DNA of 59,990 nucleotides from a virus (lineage: Duplodnaviria; Caudoviricetes). Under the pieces are notes generated by a model. It made no database searches. It had not been told where the DNA came from and worked only from the letters and a program-made list of their open reading frames with translations. Position numbers and translations under genes: made by a program. Each line of letters opens with the position of its first letter. Positions within the stretch are counted from its first letter, which is position 1. The stretch is taken from positions 1 to 59,990 of IMG/VR virus record IMGVR_UViG_3300047095_000623. One strand, written 5' to 3'. Below are positions 47,833 to 57,589 of this stretch, one piece after another.

Positions 47833-48231
47833 TTACTTGCGAACTTGCTTGGACCCTTTAACCAGCTCGTCGAACTTCTCCCATGAGACAAGTTGACAAC
47901 CAATCTGTAAACCTTCCCTACCTAAGACGGCAGAGTATCCCGCGACATCTTCCACTGTAACATTAGGATTCATTACATCATCCAATACGCTTGCGGCGTC
48001 TTCCGGCCAATCATACGCGGAGAGTTTATAAATAGTTCCTGAAACCCTTCCATCTGGAGCAATCCCGATAGTTGGATAGCTGCCTTGCGAATACTCTTTT
48101 TCTACCCTCTCGGGATCAGTAGAATGATCACTCATTCCTTTATGCCAAATGAATCCATGTTGAAAAAGCAGGGCCAGAAGTCCGTTGCGATCCGTTGCGC
48201 TCTTCGTATTTACGTATATTTTCTTAATCAT
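47833..48231 (-). CDS. VGCQ-module family protein
   Basis: LQIGCQLVSWEKFDE. Confidence 0.8.
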   Translation of the reverse strand: MIKKIYVNTKSATDRNGLLALLFQHGFIWHKGMSDHSTDPERVEKEYSQGSYPTIGIAPDGRVSGTIYKLSAYDWPEDAASVLDDVMNPNVTVEDVAGYSAVLGREGLQIGCQLVSWEKFDELVKGSKQVRK

Positions 48232-48254
48232 ATATTAGTTGTGTTGTGTGTTTA

Positions 48255-48674
48255 TTACTTGCGAACTTGCTTCACCAGTTCCGTGAGTTCGTCGAACTTC
48301 TCCCATGTGATATCCTGACAGCCAACAGTGATGCCCGTGTGGGTCACAATAGCTTCATAATCATCGGTCAATGTCATGGTTTTCGCGGAAGTGATAATTT
48401 TTAGGATTTTAGCCGCGCTTTCCGGCCACCTATAAGAATCCGTATAAGAGTTATCCCGAATCCATGCGTCTGAACAGAAGTTGAGATCTTCCGGGGCGGA
48501 TACATCGACAAGAACATTGGGATAGTCGGCCTTAATGTTCTTGTCAACCGCGCCTACGGTGTCCAGTTTTCCACAACTAAAGGAATTATAGCTATATCCC
48601 ATATGGAACAGGATAGCAAGAATAGTTCCCCGATTTTCAATGCCGCTGCATTTAATGTGTATTTGCTTACTCAT
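48255..48674 (-). CDS. VGCQ-module family protein
   Basis: ITVGCQDITWEKFDE. Confidence 0.8.
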   Translation of the reverse strand: MSKQIHIKCSGIENRGTILAILFHMGYSYNSFSCGKLDTVGAVDKNIKADYPNVLVDVSAPEDLNFCSDAWIRDNSYTDSYRWPESAAKILKIITSAKTMTLTDDYEAIVTHTGITVGCQDITWEKFDELTELVKQVRK

Positions 48675-48709
48675 GTGTGTATTGTATTCTAGTGTTTAAT
48701 GATGTTGGT

Positions 48710-48788
48710 TGGTGAGGGCGACAGGAGTCGAACCTGCATTGAATCCGTTACGGTACTACGCCTTAGAAGGACGTTCCGATACACCCCC
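48710..48788 (-). tRNA. D-armless tRNA-Arg(TCT)-like RNA with long variable region
   Basis: GGGGGTG/CGCCCTC-ACCA; ACGTC-CTTCTAA-GGCGT; GCAGG-TTCGACT-CCTGT; only TATCGGA in place of D arm. Confidence 0.8.
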
Positions 48789-49100
48789 TTGAAAAATTAC
48801 GTCTTGATCCTTATCGGTAACTAACGGAGTTTTGTGGTCAAGTTCAAAAGGCAAACTACCCGCCAGATCCAAGGATGATTGAAGCCATGCCGCTCTTATA
48901 CGATCCTTATGTTTTTCTACAAGATTGTTTAGTGTCGCTATAACTTCGTTTGCTTTCTCATATGGATAAATCGCAAGGGGATTGAACCATCCTTGATAGG
49001 TTGGGACATATACCTGTCCCGACTCAGGGTTTATCTTCTCGACGGACCCATATAAAACGTATGGGTAGATATCGTATTTCCAAAATGCTACAAGTTTCAT
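48756..49100 (-). CDS. hypothetical protein
   Basis: AFWKYDIYPY; 3' end overlaps tRNA. Confidence 0.6.
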   Translation of the reverse strand: MKLVAFWKYDIYPYVLYGSVEKINPESGQVYVPTYQGWFNPLAIYPYEKANEVIATLNNLVEKHKDRIRAAWLQSSLDLAGSLPFELDHKTPLVTDKDQDVIFQGGVSERPSKA

Positions 49101-49103
49101 ATA

Positions 49104-49289
49104 TTATAAAGGGAGTGCATCCATGTCAAACTCTTCGATACCATACTCGTCATGGCGTCCTAAACGATGCGCGTCCCGATCCGAAACATAGATATCCAAG
49201 TTATCTTTCGCAGTTTGTTCGGAGCTATACACCCCCAATATAACGGTAGATTCATAGTTCCAAGATGCGGTCAGTACGTATGCTTTCAT
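49104..49289 (-). CDS. small hypothetical protein
   Basis: ILGVYSSEQTA; motif promoter. Confidence 0.6.
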   Translation of the reverse strand: MKAYVLTASWNYESTVILGVYSSEQTAKDNLDIYVSDRDAHRLGRHDEYGIEEFDMDALPL

Positions 49290-49480
49290 ATAGGTATTAT
49301 AGGGTAGTGTTTATTCCACTTCTTCAATCGTGATCATGACCTTCTTGCCCACATAAGGAAGAAGAATAAAATCGAGGTACTCTGAGTCCACGGGGGAAGT
49401 AGGAATGCTGAAACCATAGCAACTGTTATCCAGAACTCCCACAATAACTTTCTTGTTGTCGATGTTGTCCATATGATTAG

Positions 49481-49750
49481 TTAGTTGAGATATTTGACAG
49501 AGTATTCCTGACATGCTTCAAGTCCTGACGGATCGTTGATGTTTCCGCGTGCATGAAGGGCAGGAGCGGCCCATGAAGCAGGTTTGTATAGATTGCCAGT
49601 GGTCTTGTCAACGAAGGCGTACGCGCCAACTCCACGACCATCACGGGCATCACAGATCTTCCAATACCGTTTACCAGTGGTAAAAACCCGTGGACGGTTG
49701 GGATACTTCGCGTTGAGAGCAACCATGAAATCTTCGATTGTCGTTGTCAT
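49481..49750 (-). CDS. hypothetical phage protein
   Basis: GKRYWKI..AFVDKTTG..YKPASW.APA.HARGNI. Confidence 0.7.
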   Translation of the reverse strand: MTTTIEDFMVALNAKYPNRPRVFTTGKRYWKICDARDGRGVGAYAFVDKTTGNLYKPASWAAPALHARGNINDPSGLEACQEYSVKYLN

Positions 49751-49757
49751 GTCCTTA

Positions 49758-49985
49758 TTATAGGCTAGTGTTTATCCCAGCGAGTTCCGCGAACTTCCTA
49801 TCGAACGCGGGAATCTTGGAGTCATCATAGAAAGGGTCCGCGTCTGTATTCATGATCTTCATGTATATGTCAAAGTCTATACAAGCCAATGACTCCATAA
49901 ACGCCTGTCCTTTCCTAAAATGAGGGTGATTCTTCATGTACTCTTGAGCCACGTAGTGAAAGTTGGAATATTGTTCAGTACCCAT
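49758..49985 (-). CDS. hypothetical protein
   Basis: RKGQAF..DPFYDD. Confidence 0.6.
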   Translation of the reverse strand: MGTEQYSNFHYVAQEYMKNHPHFRKGQAFMESLACIDFDIYMKIMNTDADPFYDDSKIPAFDRKFAELAGINTSL

Positions 49986-50100
49986 AATGTTATTATAACC
50001 TAGTGTTTATTAGATATCTTGATATTATCACACATTTAGTTACTTCTAAGTTAGAAGCATCCAAAACAGACTACGTGGAAGTAGTGTGATTTTCTGTTTC

Positions 50101-50208
50101 TAGGGGCGGGGGGAGTTGAACCCCCTATCCTCGGTTTATCTTGGAATGTCTCAAATAAATGTGACACTCCTAGAGAGACCGACGCATTAACCGTTCTGCT
50201 ACACCCCT
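50101..50208 (-). tRNA. tRNA (probably CAT) interrupted by a 35-nt hairpin insert (50140-50174)
   Basis: AGGGGTG/CGCCCCT-A; TCGGT-CTC[insert]ATAA-ACCGA; GGGGG-TTCAACT-CCCCC. Confidence 0.8.
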
Positions 50209-50216
50209 CTTTAAAG

Positions 50217-50333
50217 TAGCTCCAGTGACTTCGACATCACAATCCTTTCGGCGGCAGATTTTTGACAAAAGATAGGAGATTAGTACTATCTTCTGATAAG
50301 AAGTCTGCTGGGTATACATTCCCCCATGGAGCC
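50217..50333 (-). tRNA. tRNA-Leu (probably TAA) interrupted by a 38-nt hairpin insert (50263-50300)
   Basis: GGCTCCA/TGGAGCT-A; GCAGA-CTT[insert]AAAA-TCTGC; long variable arm. Confidence 0.75.
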
Positions 50334-50342
50334 ATTGAACCA

Positions 50343-50762
50343 TTATTTATCTTCCACATCAACCAACAGATTATTATAAGCATCTTCTTTCATATCCTCA
50401 TAATAACCAGAGTTGGTAATGAAATCCCCGCGAGACTTATAAGAACATCCTCCAAGGGTAGCACTACCCTTAAACTCTCCCCAATTTGCAGTAACAGTTA
50501 CCATACACCACGCCCAAGGATTACTCCCCAAATCTTCGAGAATATCTCTAACCATTTCCGCATCGGCTTCATCATCCCCTGACGCAAAATATCCTGACGG
50601 ATGATCCCATTCTTCTGCAATGGTAACTTCAATATACACTTCATCGATAAGCGGCATACGATTATGTTCAAGCGTCAAATCTGCTTTCATATCATCCAAT
50701 AGCGTATTGATTGCCATACGATAATCCTCGATAATTTCATAAGTACGTTTCAGGTGGTTCAT
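50343..50762 (-). CDS. hypothetical phage protein
   Basis: WAWC.V.V....GS..LGGCSY. Confidence 0.65.
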   Translation of the reverse strand: MNHLKRTYEIIEDYRMAINTLLDDMKADLTLEHNRMPLIDEVYIEVTIAEEWDHPSGYFASGDDEADAEMVRDILEDLGSNPWAWCMVTVTANWGEFKGSATLGGCSYKSRGDFITNSGYYEDMKEDAYNNLLVDVEDK

Positions 50763-51052
50763 AATATTATTTCTTCTACGAGTTTCTTAAAAGACATTCC
50801 TAGTTGTTCAGTCACATAAGTACACAGTGAATGAAGTTTGAATTGTTCACCGAAGAGCTTGCCCCATTTACGGGACTCTTCTTTCATATATTCCTCCAAC
50901 CCTGTTTTATGGTCAGGATGGTTCTTGATAAAGACTTTCTCCAATGCCTTATACGAAGTCCAATCCACATCAGGATTCTTCAAAGGGTTGTGTTGTAGCC
51001 TTGAGAGCTTTCCAAGGTACAGTCGGGCGGGTAAAGTGTCAAGTAATTTCAT
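50759..51052 (-). CDS. hypothetical protein
   Basis: ORF. Confidence 0.55.
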   Translation of the reverse strand: MKLLDTLPARLYLGKLSRLQHNPLKNPDVDWTSYKALEKVFIKNHPDHKTGLEEYMKEESRKWGKLFGEQFKLHSLCTYVTEQLGMSFKKLVEEIIL

Positions 51053-51402
51053 AAGGTACCCTTTCCAAATCTTCTTTCAAGTTCCTTCTTACTATCTTGC
51101 TTTCTTCTAAGTTCAAACTCGTACCGATCAAGATATGCAATGGCTTGTTGACGTGCGGTTGCCCTCAACAAAGGGGTACAATTCTCCACATCGACCTGAC
51201 CTACAACAGATGCCAACGCCTGTTCATATAGATCGAATTCCTCTTCCGACAACTTACTAAGGATCGTATCCATCGCATCCAAAGAGGTTGCGTACGACAG
51301 TCCATCATAATAATGTTTCCAATCCGCACCCCATGTTGTACGGTACGTTTCCGCCTCATGCGCGACATATTCACTAAGTTGACTATCGGTTAGGTGATCC
51401 AT
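51049..51402 (-). CDS. hypothetical protein (related to 54010..54372)
   Basis: YATSLDA..ATARQQAIA vs YFNDLNE..ATAAQRAEA. Confidence 0.6.
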   Translation of the reverse strand: MDHLTDSQLSEYVAHEAETYRTTWGADWKHYYDGLSYATSLDAMDTILSKLSEEEFDLYEQALASVVGQVDVENCTPLLRATARQQAIAYLDRYEFELRRKQDSKKELERRFGKGTL

Positions 51403-51423
51403 GTGTCTATTCTACGCTAGTGT

Positions 51424-51645
51424 TTAACCAACATCTTTATCATAATACGCCTTACAGAAATCCGTTTGAACTCGTTTCCTACGCGCTTTCATCGCTTCTA
51501 AAGCAAGCTCAGTGTTTTTTATATCCTCGTTCAGCTCTACCATATACAGCTTATACACCGCATACAAGTCAGTCTTGTTTTTCGCCGTTGGCAAGAAACG
51601 AATCTTCTCTATAAGAGCATGGAACGATCCACTTAAAGTTTTCAT
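51424..51645 (-). CDS. hypothetical protein
   Basis: ORF. Confidence 0.5.
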   Translation of the reverse strand: MKTLSGSFHALIEKIRFLPTAKNKTDLYAVYKLYMVELNEDIKNTELALEAMKARRKRVQTDFCKAYYDKDVG

Positions 51646-52199
51646 AGTTTTGTTTTTCTATACTCATGCACCCAAGAAACAATCTTGTCTTGGACAGACT
51701 TCGGATGCCCGAAAGTCTTTGCCCTTCTTCTTATACTCATGTCGTTGGGACATTTCCTAGCATACTCCAGCAGTCCCAATATATGTATCCCGAAGTTACA
51801 CTCAGGGAAATTATAGGGGTTGTTCATATATACATTCTACGCTAGTGTTTATTTCGTGAGGTTTTATAAAGTCTAATATGTAACCTTATGTGGGTCTTTC
51901 GATCCATAACAAAGGTAGGGTACTTACCTCCCCACATATCACAGACATGTCCATCGTGTCTAAGAGGAAACAAACGCCGTATCCACCATATATTAGTGTT
52001 CAACCCGCTGCCATCCTTCCCTATGAAGTCTGTACTCCACCATTTGTCTTACCGACTCCGCGATATCATAGATACATAGGTGGGCTTTATCCCGTCCATA
52101 ATTGCGAACTTTCTTACCTATTTCATCCGCGAAGACTTTACGTTCCAGACTGATAATCCTTTCAAGTATTTCTGGTCCTGTTTCCATAATAAAATAGGT

Positions 52200-52406
52200 T
52201 TACCAACGATGATAGCAAGGATTGTGGCGGTTCGCCCAATCCCGGTCAAACTCGTTGTCCTTGATTTGCTGGTCAATTATAAGTTCCGCTTTTGCTCTTG
52301 TCGCGGCGAACTGCCCATTTACTTTATACCCACCATCATCCCACTTATCGAATAACGATGGATGTACCACTTCTACCTCATATCCTCTATAGTAATATCG
52401 GTCCAT
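52200..52406 (-). CDS. hypothetical protein
   Basis: ORF. Confidence 0.5.
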   Translation of the reverse strand: MDRYYYRGYEVEVVHPSLFDKWDDGGYKVNGQFAATRAKAELIIDQQIKDNEFDRDWANRHNPCYHRW

Positions 52407-52458
52407 ATGTTTGATTTTTTTAGGGGGGGATTGAACCCCCCGTTTACTTACTCATATG

Positions 52459-53985
52459 TTATTGAGCTTCTTCTTGCGGCTTGTTGTTACGGGTAGGAAC
52501 ATCCGTAATATAAGCCAACTTCTTCATGGCGCGGGTGACTGCCACATAGGACAGATTGCGCTCTTGTTTAAGTTGTGCTTCAGTCACCGCATACTTGCTA
52601 GGAACGAATTGCGCCATACCCATCAGATAAGCGTTTTCGAATTCAAGACCCTTTGCCTTGTGAATGGAACTAAGAGTAACAATGTTCGCATTCTTCACAT
52701 CACCGGAATCGGTGAACATGTTGGAGATAAGAGTCTTGAGACTTTCCACAGTGTGTTGTCCCAAAGCTTGGCAACGTTCGATCAGAATGATCATGGTCTC
52801 CATCTTGTCTTCAAGAAGTTGCATCTTGGCCTTGGAAGCTTTCTCAAACTCGCGGTCAAAATACTTCACAAGTCTTTCAGTGAAAGTATTGAGGTCTTTC
52901 ACCTTCCACTTGTTGCAAAGAGTGATAAGATTCTGGCCAATGTCGCGACCCTCAATCCGGCAACCAATACCCTTGCGGATAAGTGCGAATGCCAAGGCAA
53001 CATTAGGAGCATTGTTACGGCAGATGATGCCATCCTTCGCGGAAAGATTCATCGTATCGACTTGCGCCAGAAGATCATCATACTTCATGCTGACAATCTC
53101 GCCATCACCATTCTCTTCGAAAGCTTCGATATGGGGTTGATACTTTTGCGCTTCCTTGATGATGTTCTTCCCGCAACGATAGCAGATAGACAGGGGAAGT
53201 TCAATACAGTTGAACATTTCCTTGAGAAGATTCATCGAATCGCTCTCCGCACCAGTGAACGCATAGATCGCTTGATTCTCATCACCGATGATAAGCAGAC
53301 GCCCACCATCCTTAAGAATCTTTGCGATGAACAACTTACGGGTAACGTTGGTATCCTGCGCCTCATCGACAATCACCCAATCATATTGAGTGCATTTGAT
53401 ATCATAGATAAGCGGAAGATAGATCATGTCCGCAAAGTCAATGTTGCGGAAATCGCGGTTGGACTCACGCAGAACATCCTTGGCGATATCAATAACTTCA
53501 TAAAAGTCCACGTCCGCATCAAGAGAGATATCCTGAGTTTGAATGATTTCCATCCAAGCTTCGTTGTCATCAATGGAACGTTGACCCTTAACGCCGAACG
53601 CATATTCCTTCGCAAAGCCGACAAGCTTCTTGATGAAGGGAATCGCAGCGATAAGTTCCGGAGTTTGGCAGTAACGTTCAGTGATAAAATACACCTTGGA
53701 ATCGGTAACGTTCACGCGACCCTTGGACTTGATAAGATTCTGCATCCCTTCACTATGGAAGGTTGCGGCACGGGCATTGGGTAAGCCCATGTTGGAAAGT
53801 TTGGCAGCAAGAGCCATTGCTATACGCTTGTTAAAGGCGAGACTAAGAACATTTCCAACCATAAGAGGCATAGACGAAATTGCCGTCGAGGTTTTGCCCG
53901 AACCAGCTACCGCGCCCACAATACAATTTCCTTTTCCATACTGTACCCAATCATAAATGGCAGTTTGATATTTACTCGGTTTCAT
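52459..53985 (-). CDS. UvrD/Rep-like superfamily 1 helicase
   Basis: AVAGSGKT, VDEAQD, IGDENQAIYAF, CYRC, IHKAKGLE, YVAVTRA. Confidence 0.95.
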   Translation of the reverse strand: MKPSKYQTAIYDWVQYGKGNCIVGAVAGSGKTSTAISSMPLMVGNVLSLAFNKRIAMALAAKLSNMGLPNARAATFHSEGMQNLIKSKGRVNVTDSKVYFITERYCQTPELIAAIPFIKKLVGFAKEYAFGVKGQRSIDDNEAWMEIIQTQDISLDADVDFYEVIDIAKDVLRESNRDFRNIDFADMIYLPLIYDIKCTQYDWVIVDEAQDTNVTRKLFIAKILKDGGRLLIIGDENQAIYAFTGAESDSMNLLKEMFNCIELPLSICYRCGKNIIKEAQKYQPHIEAFEENGDGEIVSMKYDDLLAQVDTMNLSAKDGIICRNNAPNVALAFALIRKGIGCRIEGRDIGQNLITLCNKWKVKDLNTFTERLVKYFDREFEKASKAKMQLLEDKMETMIILIERCQALGQHTVESLKTLISNMFTDSGDVKNANIVTLSSIHKAKGLEFENAYLMGMAQFVPSKYAVTEAQLKQERNLSYVAVTRAMKKLAYITDVPTRNNKPQEEAQ

Positions 53986-54009
53986 TATGACGTAATTATA
54001 TTGTAGTGT

Positions 54010-54372
54010 TTAACTTTGATCCTGCATCCAATTCAAAGTCTTATAAATAGCTTCCGCTCTTTGCGCTGCGGTCGCGCCAATACAGCAAGTTAAAGGTGTA
54101 CTAGCGACGGTTCTGTTCATATCCCGGGCGACAATTTCCCTTAACTCACAATGATAGTTTAAGACGTTCGTGAAGTTTATCAGTTTTGATTCTACCTTAT
54201 GTGTTTCATTAAGATCGTTAAAATAATCAGGGAGATTGCCGCCAAGGTCAAACTCGTCATGGCACCAATATGGGTTTAAATTTCCACCCTCCTCGTCAAT
54301 ATGAGGTCTGAGTATTTTCCACCCACACCCCATACCAAGTGTTGTTGCTATACATTGTTCAGTTGCACACAT
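54010..54372 (-). CDS. hypothetical protein
   Basis: PDYFNDLN..ATAAQRAEA. Confidence 0.6.
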   Translation of the reverse strand: MCATEQCIATTLGMGCGWKILRPHIDEEGGNLNPYWCHDEFDLGGNLPDYFNDLNETHKVESKLINFTNVLNYHCELREIVARDMNRTVASTPLTCCIGATAAQRAEAIYKTLNWMQDQS

Positions 54373-54563
54373 ATCAGTACTATCAATTAGTGTTTAACAC
54401 TCTTCCCACAACCGGGATCGACTTTATAGTTTCATATAAGTTGTAAGGTTGGAAGAGGTTAAAAGGCAACACCATCAAGCAGATGTTCCATGAAATAGTT
54501 CGCGGCTAGGATCAGTAGAAAGATCGCCGCCCATAATAGTAGTTTTCGTATCGTCTTCATAAG

Positions 54564-55244
54564 TTAAAAATTAAAGGTAGGAACAGGGGCGAGTGTACGT
54601 TCCAGACGAGCTTGGATAACCTTCAGTTCCCGCTGAAGATCTTCAAGTCTCTTCTGATTAGGATCTCCCAACTGTTTAAGATAGATACGATCACCACAAC
54701 GACTACAAATCTTCAACCCGCTCCTGTATACATATCTTCCAAGACGGGCGTTCCACCTACGTTGTTGAATACCTTTTAACCCATTCTGGATATGGTTGTG
54801 CATGGTCGTGGAGATAGCAAACTCTGTGTTACATCCACAAGTATAGATATGGCGAAGTTCGCGTTTAACCTTTGTAACAGTTGTGTCATAGTTATGGCAC
54901 CTATCCGCAGGAATACCATACACCCTCGTCATGATGTACTCCCACTCATAACCATGCGGGCGAAGCTTTTTACCCACTTGTAGATAGAGAAAAAACTGCA
55001 CATAATGCGCGACTTCGTGCGTCACGGTGTTCTCGTAATCTTCCGGGTGATGTTCAGCCAAATCCAATTGGAACATGAGTTCCCGCTTTGTCTTGGAATA
55101 GTTCATGGTGCATCTTCCACCAGTAGTACCGCTCCTTCTAAACTCAATGTTTGTCGGGCGAGGGAATGGTTGTTTATAGTAATTCTCCGCAGTGAGAAAA
55201 CATGCTTCAACCTTATCGAGGATTTGTTGTTTCATGGTAGGCAT
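54564..55244 (-). CDS. sprT: SprT-like zinc metalloprotease
   Basis: TVTHEVAH, PHGYEW, CHNY, YTCGC..CSRC. Confidence 0.9.
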   Translation of the reverse strand: MPTMKQQILDKVEACFLTAENYYKQPFPRPTNIEFRRSGTTGGRCTMNYSKTKRELMFQLDLAEHHPEDYENTVTHEVAHYVQFFLYLQVGKKLRPHGYEWEYIMTRVYGIPADRCHNYDTTVTKVKRELRHIYTCGCNTEFAISTTMHNHIQNGLKGIQQRRWNARLGRYVYRSGLKICSRCGDRIYLKQLGDPNQKRLEDLQRELKVIQARLERTLAPVPTFNF

Positions 55245-55281
55245 GTCCGTATTATGCTCTAGTGTTTAACTCCACGTTCTT

Positions 55282-55491
55282 TCAAGCCCTAGTAAACTTT
55301 GATTCCCAATCACCGAAAGCTTCGAATGCAGTGGACATTAAACCCGCCCAATGCCCCCCAGTCTTATCTTGAACAAGAATCCATAGATCAAAGTCCGGTA
55401 ACTTTTGAAGGGTGTAATGAATCTCATATCCATCCACGTCCCCGTATAAAAACTTATCACCACTCTTTAGATCATCGTGTTCAGTAATCAT
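55282..55491 (-). CDS. hypothetical protein
   Basis: Motif promoter. Confidence 0.55.
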   Translation of the reverse strand: MITEHDDLKSGDKFLYGDVDGYEIHYTLQKLPDFDLWILVQDKTGGHWAGLMSTAFEAFGDWESKFTRA

Positions 55492-55707
55492 GTCGTTATT
55501 GTATGGTAGTGTTTAACTTACATTTCGGATCGAGGTACCAGTAGTTCCACCGTGTACTCAATATCTTCCGGTTGACAATCGTACTCCTGATCCCATGTAA
55601 CCTTAAAACTAACCGTGTTACGGTTTATAGATTTATTGAGTTTGGTTACGATATGGTCGTTTAGAATCTCTTTAATCTCTTCTTGTGTCAGTGTTAGTTT
55701 CATATGG

Positions 55708-56007
55708 TTATTCCAGTGGGTAGTCGATGTAACAACGAATCAAAAAGTTTCTCACCGGAGACTTCGAACTGTTGTATTTTTTATAACATTTAACAGGATC
55801 GTTGAAATGTTCTTGTGCGTTTAAAATCTCCAAGAACTCTTCAACTCCCGCGTCACTTAAAGAATGTAAAGCTTGTAAGCAATCAAAGAAGAACATGTCA
55901 TATCCTCTCGGCTGCCAGTCCCAATCACCAAACCCGTCTTTTACCATCGTAAAAGGAATGTTTTGGCGTAGTTGATGAAAGTACCATATTGCTTGTGGTT
56001 TGTTCAT
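55708..56007 (-). CDS. hypothetical protein
   Basis: ORF. Confidence 0.5.
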   Translation of the reverse strand: MNKPQAIWYFHQLRQNIPFTMVKDGFGDWDWQPRGYDMFFFDCLQALHSLSDAGVEEFLEILNAQEHFNDPVKCYKKYNSSKSPVRNFLIRCYIDYPLE

Positions 56008-56224
56008 GATAGTATTAGCATAGAAAAGTTACGTTATAGTGCCTAAGTCCTCTAGGGTTAGGTTCCAATACGGTAATACCATGAAGATTGATGTTACAAT
56101 CTTCCCATGATTCAACCGTTCCGCTGTACTTCGGTCTAAAATAACAGGGAAGATCGGGGTTAAACTCTTTGAGTTTGTCTATGATTTCTCCTACCGTCGC
56201 AGCTTTTAACACATTGTCCATAAA

Positions 56225-56560
56225 TTATGATAGTAAGTCTTTCCAGATGTTCTCCACTCGTTCCATCAAACGTTTCTCCCAACCGGGAACCCTATTGATA
56301 CGCTTGCTTTTGATAAGACCTTTGTTGGTGATGGTACTAATCGCAGATACCCGGATGGCATCCTGACCTACACCCCGACTTATCCCACTGTTCTTATGAA
56401 TGGATGAATAGACTTTTATCAGAACCCAAGGTCTGGTCTTAAGACTTTTCGTATAAACAATCTCTTGTGCGTACCCGGAAAGTTCCTTATTCCAATTCTT
56501 CTCGGGTTTGAATATCGCATCAAACTCCCCTTCAAGAATCGTACAATAGGTGGCTGACAT
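56225..56560 (-). CDS. hypothetical phage protein
   Basis: VYSSI..SRGVGQDAIRV..KRINRVPGW. Confidence 0.65.
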   Translation of the reverse strand: MSATYCTILEGEFDAIFKPEKNWNKELSGYAQEIVYTKSLKTRPWVLIKVYSSIHKNSGISRGVGQDAIRVSAISTITNKGLIKSKRINRVPGWEKRLMERVENIWKDLLS

Positions 56561-56564
56561 GGCC

Positions 56565-56903
56565 TTAGTATATCCTAGTGTTTAAATATGCCTCCCCTTC
56601 CGATATTATTCGATCTATCACCCAAGATTGATATAGTCGGTTGCCTTTGGCATCATACCCGTTGTCATACAAGTCATCATTGGAAATACAGTGCCACACT
56701 TCACCAACCCGGACAGGATGGAAGCTTAACATATCGTTAAATTCCCAAGTTAAACCATCACATCTGCTATGGGCAGAACCGTAAGAGCTTCCATCAACAT
56801 CGGAGTACCATTGGCTATTCGGGATAGAGTCATAACATCTAATGTTGTCCGGTATGTCGGATAATACCAACCCATACTCTCTTTCATGTTCTTCCCATGT
56901 CAT
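56565..56903 (-). CDS. hypothetical protein
   Basis: Motif promoter. Confidence 0.55.
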   Translation of the reverse strand: MTWEEHEREYGLVLSDIPDNIRCYDSIPNSQWYSDVDGSSYGSAHSRCDGLTWEFNDMLSFHPVRVGEVWHCISNDDLYDNGYDAKGNRLYQSWVIDRIISEGEAYLNTRIY

Positions 56904-57127
56904 GTCACTATCATATCCTAGTGTTTAAATATCCAATCCCACCATGATTCTATACTCGCCATGGTTTTTAGTTCGAAGCTTTTCCACTATTCGAACACAA
57001 TCCTTAAAACTCAGATTGTTTGTCACTTGCGCCCAATCATCCAAGTCCTGATGAAACTCAAATACACTCATGCTTTGTATAGGAATGTCCTTCCCATTGT
57101 ATGTGAACTTCTCCTCGTTTTTCATAA

Positions 57128-57508
57128 TCAGTTATCTCTCGTATCCCTATAGCCACACATGAATATGAATGCGAACAACAATCGTAGGGAATATTTCAGC
57201 CATCCTTCCAGACACCATGAGTATGTATTGGTAACACCTTCAATGATAATCGGCCATTCAAGCTCACATAGTTTTCCGCTTTGAATGGTATAGCAATACC
57301 CGATCAGCCCGATCACAAGAAAGATTAGATATCCCATCCCTGTTTTAGCATTGCCAAGTATTAGAAACGCTCCACCTAATCCACTTACGAATCGTAGAGA
57401 CGTTCCTATATTATACCAATCGATATCACAGCAGCACCCGAATCCTATAAGGACTAATCCAATAAACAAACGGAATCCTCCCAACATGTTAAGTAAGTCC
57501 TTAATCAT
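57128..57508 (-). CDS. membrane protein
   Basis: Several hydrophobic segments. Confidence 0.55.
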   Translation of the reverse strand: MIKDLLNMLGGFRLFIGLVLIGFGCCCDIDWYNIGTSLRFVSGLGGAFLILGNAKTGMGYLIFLVIGLIGYCYTIQSGKLCELEWPIIIEGVTNTYSWCLEGWLKYSLRLLFAFIFMCGYRDTRDN

Positions 57509-57589
57509 AATATCTCCATTCCAAGCATATGACCCCCTCCCATGATTATCTCACGGGATGGGGATTATGCGCCTACCTATACAGGGTTA

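Noticed and set aside
42481-48674. Diversity-generating retroelement behind the VGCQ family
   Set aside because: No reverse transcriptase seen; the shared 50-nt stretch is identical rather than adenine-mutated
52422-52441. tRNA fragment (GGGGG-TTCAAT-CCCCC on minus strand)
   Set aside because: Isolated hairpin with no acceptor or anticodon arms; more likely a terminator or processing stem
52456-53784. 442-aa plus-strand ORF
   Set aside because: Antisense shadow of the SF1 helicase; no motifs
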